Source: an uncultured Erysipelotrichaceae bacterium
Lineage (GTDB): Bacteria > Bacillota_I > Bacilli_A > RF39 > UBA660
Direction of reading: 5' to 3'
Length of the DNA stretch: 64,000 nt
Assembly (NCBI GenBank): GCA_902795215.1
Contig: CADBKG010000001.1
Span: forward strand, 31,992-95,991
Positions 59,108 through 64,000 of this stretch are shown here, one piece after another; within the stretch, counting starts at the first letter, position 1; each line of letters starts with the position of its first letter. The position numbers and the translations under genes are program-made. The notes beneath the pieces are model-generated. The model saw only the letters and a list, made by a program, of their open reading frames with translations. It did no database searches and was not told where the DNA came from.

Positions 59108-59242
59108 AAAAACTGCTTCCTTTCTAAATCTTATTTTAATATATTTTTATTGATTTTTAAATAATTTTTTTATGTTTTTATAATATTTTTTATGTTTTTT
59201 CATTGATTTGCACTAGTTTATAGCTTATAATTAACTTATCTT

Positions 59243-59318
59243 GCTGGAATAGCGCAATTGGTAGAGCAACTGAATCGTAATCAGTAGGTTGGGGGTTCGA
59301 GTCCCTCTTCCAGCACCA
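59243..59318 (+). tRNA. tRNA-Thr (anticodon CGU)
   Basis: Cloverleaf: acceptor GCUGGAA/UUCCAGC, D-arm with AAUUGGUAGAGC, anticodon loop AUCGUAA, T-arm GGGGG-UUCGAGU-CCCUC, encoded CCA; very close to Bacillus tRNA-Thr; TTGATT-17-TATAAT promoter upstream. Confidence 0.85.
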
Positions 59319-59341
59319 TTTTTATAAAAGTAAAAAGAACA

Positions 59342-62300
59342 CTACTCTTCGTGTTCTTTTATTAATGATTTATAATATTCATATCTTTCTTTAGATCGAT
59401 TTTTATTTAATTCTAGTAATTTATCACATTCTTCTTTATTTTTAAGTTTTAATGATTTATATCTTACTTCATTATTTAAAAATTCATCATACTTTTCAAA
59501 ATCAGGTTCTTTTGAATCAATAAATAATTCTCCATCTTTATATCTCATAAGAATTGTATAACCACATTCTACTCCAAGCTTTTGCTCATTGGTTGCGCAT
59601 GCCATATTTGGTTTTATTCCTTGCTCAATACAAGGAGAATATGCAATTATAATAGATGGTCCATCGTGTTCCTCGGCTTCTTTATAAGCTTTTATTGTTT
59701 GCATAGGATTTGCACCCATACTAATACTTGCAACATAAACATTAGGATAACTCATTGCAATTCTAAATAAATCTTTTTTATAAGTTTTCTTACCTGCATT
59801 TGCAAATTCAGCGACTTGACCAACGTGACTAGATTTTGAAGCTTGACCACCTGTATTAGAATAAACCTCAGTATCAAGAACTAATATATTTACATTTTCA
59901 TTAGATGAAAGCACGTGATCTATTCCACCAAAGCCAATATCGTATGCCCATCCATCTCCACCTATTGTCCATACGCTAGGTGCTTTTATATAGTCTTTTA
60001 ATTCAATTAATTCTTCTGGAATATCATCTTCTTTTGATAGTTTCTTATATATATCAAGTGTTGCCTCATAATTATTTTTATTTTCTATCCATTCTTTAAA
60101 TAGTTCACTTGTTGGCTCGGATACTTCTCTCATATTATCAAGCATTATGTTCTCTATTTTTTCTCTAATATATTTATAACCTTGGTATAAACCAAAACCA
60201 AACTCAGCATTATCTTCAAATAATGAATTTGCCCAAGGAATACTATAAGGTGCCCCTGGAACCATTCCACCATATATAGAAGAACATCCAGTTGCATTTG
60301 CAATTACTAGTCTCTTTCCAAATAATTGTGATAGTAATTTAATATAAGAAGCTTCCCCACAGCCTGCGCATGCGCCAGAAAATTCGAAATAAGGTTTTTC
60401 AAGTTGTGAACCTTTAATTGTAAATTTATTATAAGGGTTTATATTTTTATAATGATTAAATAAGGTATAAGCTAGTTTTTGTTTCTTTAGGTTTTTTCCA
60501 CCAAATGAAAGAGCTTTTTCGCCATTTTTTCCTGGGCATATATTTATACATGCGCCACAACTAGTACAGTCTTCTTCACTAACACTAATTATATATTTAT
60601 ATTTACCATCTTTATCCCCTATTAAACTAATTCCATTACTTGCCAGCTCATCATCGCTTTCAAGGATAAACGGTCTTATAACAGCATGCGGACAAACAAG
60701 CGCACATTGACCACATTGTATACAGTTGTCACTTTTCCAATTTGGAACTTCTATGGCAACATCTCTTTTTTCTTTTTTACTTTGTCCACCTTCAAACTCA
60801 CCATTTTTATATTTTATAAGTTCGCTTACTTTAAGAGTGTCGCCCTTTCTTTTTTCAATAATATCAAATACAGAATCTTCTTCTAAATCAGGAGCATTAT
60901 ATTTAATATTTCCCTCGAATACTTTTAGGCCATCTATTGCTTCTTCCATACACTTGATATTATTTTTAATTACATCTTCACCTTTTGTTTTAAATTTAGA
61001 TTCAATAGATTTTTTAAGTATCTCTTTATAATCATCAAGCCCAAGTAGTTTTAAAAGTATTGCTTCAAATATCATACTTATTTTTCCCTTTAAGTTGTTT
61101 TTTGAAGCTATTTTTTCTGCATCAATTGTAAATATGGATATATTTTTTTCCATTAATACTTTTTTATTATCATTATTAATTTTTAAATCTAAAAAATCTT
61201 TATTGGTATTTATTATAACTACTCCGTTTTTATTAAGTTTTTTAAATACATCAAATTTATTTAAATACATATCTTTTGTAACTACTATAATATTTGGATG
61301 TTCATTATAATAAGGTGCTTCTATTTTTTTGTTATCAAATCTTAAGTTAGATACTGTAACTCCCCCACTTTTTTTAGAATCATATTCAAAATATCCCTGA
61401 ACATATTCTCCATCTTTATCACCAAGAATCTTAAGAATATCTTTTGATGCTCCAACCATTCCATCAGAGCCATAACCGTATATAACAATTTCTTTGGCAG
61501 TACTTTTTATTTTTATATCTTTCTTTTCTAAACTAAGATTTGTAACATCATCTACTATTCCAATTGTAAAGTTATCTTTTGGATTTGTTTCAAGCATTTC
61601 AAATACAGAATTAATATCACTAGGAGTTGTATTTTTACTAGATAAACCATATCTTCCACCATATACATCTATATTTGAATCTTTTAATGCTGCAACCACA
61701 TCTAGATATAGTGGTTCACCAATACTTCCAGCTTCTTTAGTTCGGTCCAAAACTGCTATTCTTTTAACGGATTTAGGTAATACATTCTCTAAATATTTTT
61801 GACTAAACGGTCTATATAAATGAACTTCTATAAGTCCAGTGCTATGACCTTCTTTATTTAAGATACTAACTACCTGCTTTGTAGTTTCACAGACACTTCC
61901 CATTGCAACTATTACAAATTTTGCTTTTGGATCTCCATAATAGTTAAATGGTTTATAATCCGTTTTTTGAATTTTATTAATCGCTTCCATATATTCATTT
62001 ACGATATCTGGAACTGCTTCATAGTCTAAATTTCTAGCTTCAACGCTTTGAAAATAAATATCTTCGTTTTCATTCATACCATGGCTTATACTATTGTTCA
62101 AATTCAAACTTTTTTTTCTAAATCTTTTAATAGCTTCCATATCAACAAGAGATTTTAAATCTTTATCTTCTAAACATTCAACTGTATTTATTTCATGACT
62201 TGTTCTAAAACCATCAAAGAAATGTACGAATGGGATTGATGCTTTAATACTAGAAAGATGCGTAACTGCCGCTAGATCATGCGCTGATTGGACGCTTGAA

Positions 62301-62728
62301 GACGCTAAAAACGAAAAACCTGTTTGTCTTGCAGCATATATATCAGAGTGATCCCCAAAAATTGATAGAGCATGAGTTGCTATAGTTCTAGCTGCAACAT
62401 GCATTACTCCTGGTAACCCTTCCCCAGCTATTTTATACATATTAGGTATCATTAAAAGTAAACCTTGACTTGCAGTATATGTGCTTGCAAGCGTTCCCGC
62501 AAGTAGTGCACCATGCATTGTTCCACTAGCCCCTGCTTCACTTTGCATTTCTATTACTTTTACACCTGTTCCAAATAAATTTTTTTCATCTTTACTATAT
62601 AATGCATCGATATTTGATGCCATTGGAGAAGAAGGTGTTATTGGGTAAATACTTGCTAGTTCACTAAATTTATAAGAAATCATACTTACTGCTGTATTAC
62701 CATCCATTACTTTTTTCATACGTACCAT
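59342..62728 (-). CDS. pyruvate:ferredoxin (flavodoxin) oxidoreductase
   Basis: ~1128 aa; two 4Fe-4S ferredoxin motifs (CIQCGQCALVCP, CTSCGACINICP); TPP-binding GGDGWAYDIGFGG; start probably MKKVMDGN. Confidence 0.9.
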   Translation of the reverse strand: MVRMKKVMDGNTAVSMISYKFSELASIYPITPSSPMASNIDALYSKDEKNLFGTGVKVIEMQSEAGASGTMHGALLAGTLASTYTASQGLLLMIPNMYKIAGEGLPGVMHVAARTIATHALSIFGDHSDIYAARQTGFSFLASSSVQSAHDLAAVTHLSSIKASIPFVHFFDGFRTSHEINTVECLEDKDLKSLVDMEAIKRFRKKSLNLNNSISHGMNENEDIYFQSVEARNLDYEAVPDIVNEYMEAINKIQKTDYKPFNYYGDPKAKFVIVAMGSVCETTKQVVSILNKEGHSTGLIEVHLYRPFSQKYLENVLPKSVKRIAVLDRTKEAGSIGEPLYLDVVAALKDSNIDVYGGRYGLSSKNTTPSDINSVFEMLETNPKDNFTIGIVDDVTNLSLEKKDIKIKSTAKEIVIYGYGSDGMVGASKDILKILGDKDGEYVQGYFEYDSKKSGGVTVSNLRFDNKKIEAPYYNEHPNIIVVTKDMYLNKFDVFKKLNKNGVVIINTNKDFLDLKINNDNKKVLMEKNISIFTIDAEKIASKNNLKGKISMIFEAILLKLLGLDDYKEILKKSIESKFKTKGEDVIKNNIKCMEEAIDGLKVFEGNIKYNAPDLEEDSVFDIIEKRKGDTLKVSELIKYKNGEFEGGQSKKEKRDVAIEVPNWKSDNCIQCGQCALVCPHAVIRPFILESDDELASNGISLIGDKDGKYKYIISVSEEDCTSCGACINICPGKNGEKALSFGGKNLKKQKLAYTLFNHYKNINPYNKFTIKGSQLEKPYFEFSGACAGCGEASYIKLLSQLFGKRLVIANATGCSSIYGGMVPGAPYSIPWANSLFEDNAEFGFGLYQGYKYIREKIENIMLDNMREVSEPTSELFKEWIENKNNYEATLDIYKKLSKEDDIPEELIELKDYIKAPSVWTIGGDGWAYDIGFGGIDHVLSSNENVNILVLDTEVYSNTGGQASKSSHVGQVAEFANAGKKTYKKDLFRIAMSYPNVYVASISMGANPMQTIKAYKEAEEHDGPSIIIAYSPCIEQGIKPNMACATNEQKLGVECGYTILMRYKDGELFIDSKEPDFEKYDEFLNNEVRYKSLKLKNKEECDKLLELNKNRSKERYEYYKSLIKEHEE

Positions 62729-62819
62729 CCTTTACATTAATATAATTATATAATTTTACTAACCTAATTTCAAGATTTACATTTATTTACTTATTTGTTA
62801 AAATTAATATGGTGATACT

Positions 62820-63479
62820 ATGGATAAAAAAAGATTTGGTAAATCTATATTACTAATTTTCTTATTTATTATTTTAAGTTTATTTATAGGAGTAATTAAT
62901 TATGTTTTTAAATTAGAAAATAGTAAACTATTTAATTATATAGGAATACTAGAAGAATTATTTTTAGCATTTGTATTTATTCTTGTAACTAAAGTTGATT
63001 TAAAAAAAGAATTTAAATCATTTAAGAAAGACTATATACCAGACATGTTTAAATACTGGCTATTAGGTTTTGTATTACTTGGTATATCTAATACTATTAT
63101 TGGACTAATTACAGGCGCTAGCACAAGCGCAAATGAAGAAATAAATAGAAAAATAATAAATACATATCCTTTGTACGCGGTTGCTTCAATGTGCATACTT
63201 GCCCCTATGGTTGAAGAATTAATATTTAGGTATAGTTTTAAAGACACATTTAAGAGCCCTAAAGCTTATGCAATAGTTACAGGTGTTATATTTGGCGCAA
63301 TGCATGTAATACTATCTATATCTAACATAACAGATTTATTATTTATAATTCCATATAGCGTTCTTGGTATAGCTATGGGTGTAATATTTAAAAAGTGTAA
63401 TAACAACTTATTCTCAAGTTATTTTGTTCACGTATTTCATAACACATTAAGTATACTTATATTATTCTTAGTTTTATAG
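62820..63479 (+). CDS. CPBP family intramembrane glutamic endopeptidase (CAAX protease-like)
   Basis: Motifs EELIFRY, FGAMH, HVFHN. Confidence 0.75.
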   Translation: MDKKRFGKSILLIFLFIILSLFIGVINYVFKLENSKLFNYIGILEELFLAFVFILVTKVDLKKEFKSFKKDYIPDMFKYWLLGFVLLGISNTIIGLITGASTSANEEINRKIINTYPLYAVASMCILAPMVEELIFRYSFKDTFKSPKAYAIVTGVIFGAMHVILSISNITDLLFIIPYSVLGIAMGVIFKKCNNNLFSSYFVHVFHNTLSILILFLVL

Positions 63480-63488
63480 GAGGTTTTT

Positions 63489-64000
63489 ATGACAAAGAAA
63501 AAAACTAAAACAAAAAAGAAAGAAAAAATAAAAGAAGAATATAAAGAAAAATCATCTTTTAAAATATTTCCATATTTGTTATTAATAGTTGGTTTAGTAT
63601 TAATTTATGCTAGATATATAGAACCAAGAAATATCAAAATTAAAGATTATAGCATTACTGATTCACATCTTCCAGTTAGTTTTGATGGATTTAGCATAGT
63701 TCAGTTTAGTGATTTAAAACTAGGCTCTACTATAAATGTTGATGATCTAAATTCAATTGTAGAAAAAATTAATAAATTAAAACCCGATATAGTAGTTTTT
63801 ACAGGTGATTTAATAGATAAAAATGTAAAAGTGTCGTTGAAAGAAAAAGAAGATATAACAAAAAAACTTGGTAATATAGACCCTCTTATAGGAAAATATA
63901 GTGTCAAAGGTGATATGGATGAAAACAACGCAATATATGATTATGTAATTACATACTCTGGATTTACGGATATATCTAATAACTACGAATTAATTTATTA
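63489..64000 (+). CDS. metallophosphoesterase (calcineurin-like), partial at window end
   Basis: N-terminal TM then VVFTGDLIDKN (GDxxD) motif; ORF runs off the window. Confidence 0.6.
   Translation, partial: MTKKKTKTKKKEKIKEEYKEKSSFKIFPYLLLIVGLVLIYARYIEPRNIKIKDYSITDSHLPVSFDGFSIVQFSDLKLGSTINVDDLNSIVEKINKLKPDIVVFTGDLIDKNVKVSLKEKEDITKKLGNIDPLIGKYSVKGDMDENNAIYDYVITYSGFTDISNNYELIY

Noticed and set aside
63701-63928. 75-aa minus-strand ORF
   Set aside because: Antisense to the metallophosphoesterase gene whose GDxxD motif supports the + frame.
1-64000. CRISPR arrays, rRNA operons, IS elements/transposases, prophage integrases
   Set aside because: None found: no regularly spaced short repeats, no rRNA-like conserved blocks, no transposase/integrase-like ORFs.

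Overview
This is a very AT-rich (roughly 26-28% GC by eye) chromosomal segment from a Gram-positive Firmicute, Clostridia/Erysipelotrichia-like. Supporting gene content: EzrA, GpsB, CdaA-CdaR, YfhO, an LPXTG-type surface protein, TasA-like proteins, and a Bacillus-type (type B) RNase P RNA.

Most of the window is conserved housekeeping backbone: rlmD-like, rluB-like, trpS, yihY, yebC, cdaA-cdaR, yfhO plus a GT2 gene, tsf-rpsB, pgsA, rnpB RNA, gpsB, a GH25 lysozyme, thiI-nifZ-ezrA-rpsD, rplT-rpmI-infC, recG, ylbL, rmuC, mscL, tRNA-Thr, PFOR and a CPBP protease.

Several accessory islets are interleaved:
- a WG-repeat protein gene bracketed by two 98%-identical 127-bp direct repeats that carry hairpin terminators;
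- a tandem ORF6N-domain gene pair, the upstream copy decayed, with a conserved self-complementary 11-bp-arm hairpin and a possible HKD-like nuclease motif;
- a surface-protein cluster: a dockerin-bearing SH3b-GH73 hydrolase, a membrane-anchored cadherin-like protein with an AT-hook in its tail, E/K-rich coiled-coil proteins and a TasA-like protein;
- a second TasA-like protein plus a DUF285 protein;
- a TetR gene with palindromic operators next to an internally deleted ABC-transporter remnant.

RNA-level features the ORF track does not show: RNase P RNA (minus strand, about 34565-34895), tRNA-Thr(CGU), and a promoter-to-terminator intergenic transcript (about 54927-55039) that looks like a small RNA. 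infC almost certainly starts at an upstream AUU codon.

The most unusual protein-level observation is that both ribosomal protein S2 and L20 carry charged C-terminal extensions ending in the same Rho_N/SAP-like helix motif.

I could not identify one unambiguous multi-gene novel system. The ORF6N tandem, the dockerin/cadherin-like cluster and the Rho_N-tailed ribosomal proteins are the best candidates for follow-up. All calls rest on motif recognition by eye; no database searches were run.
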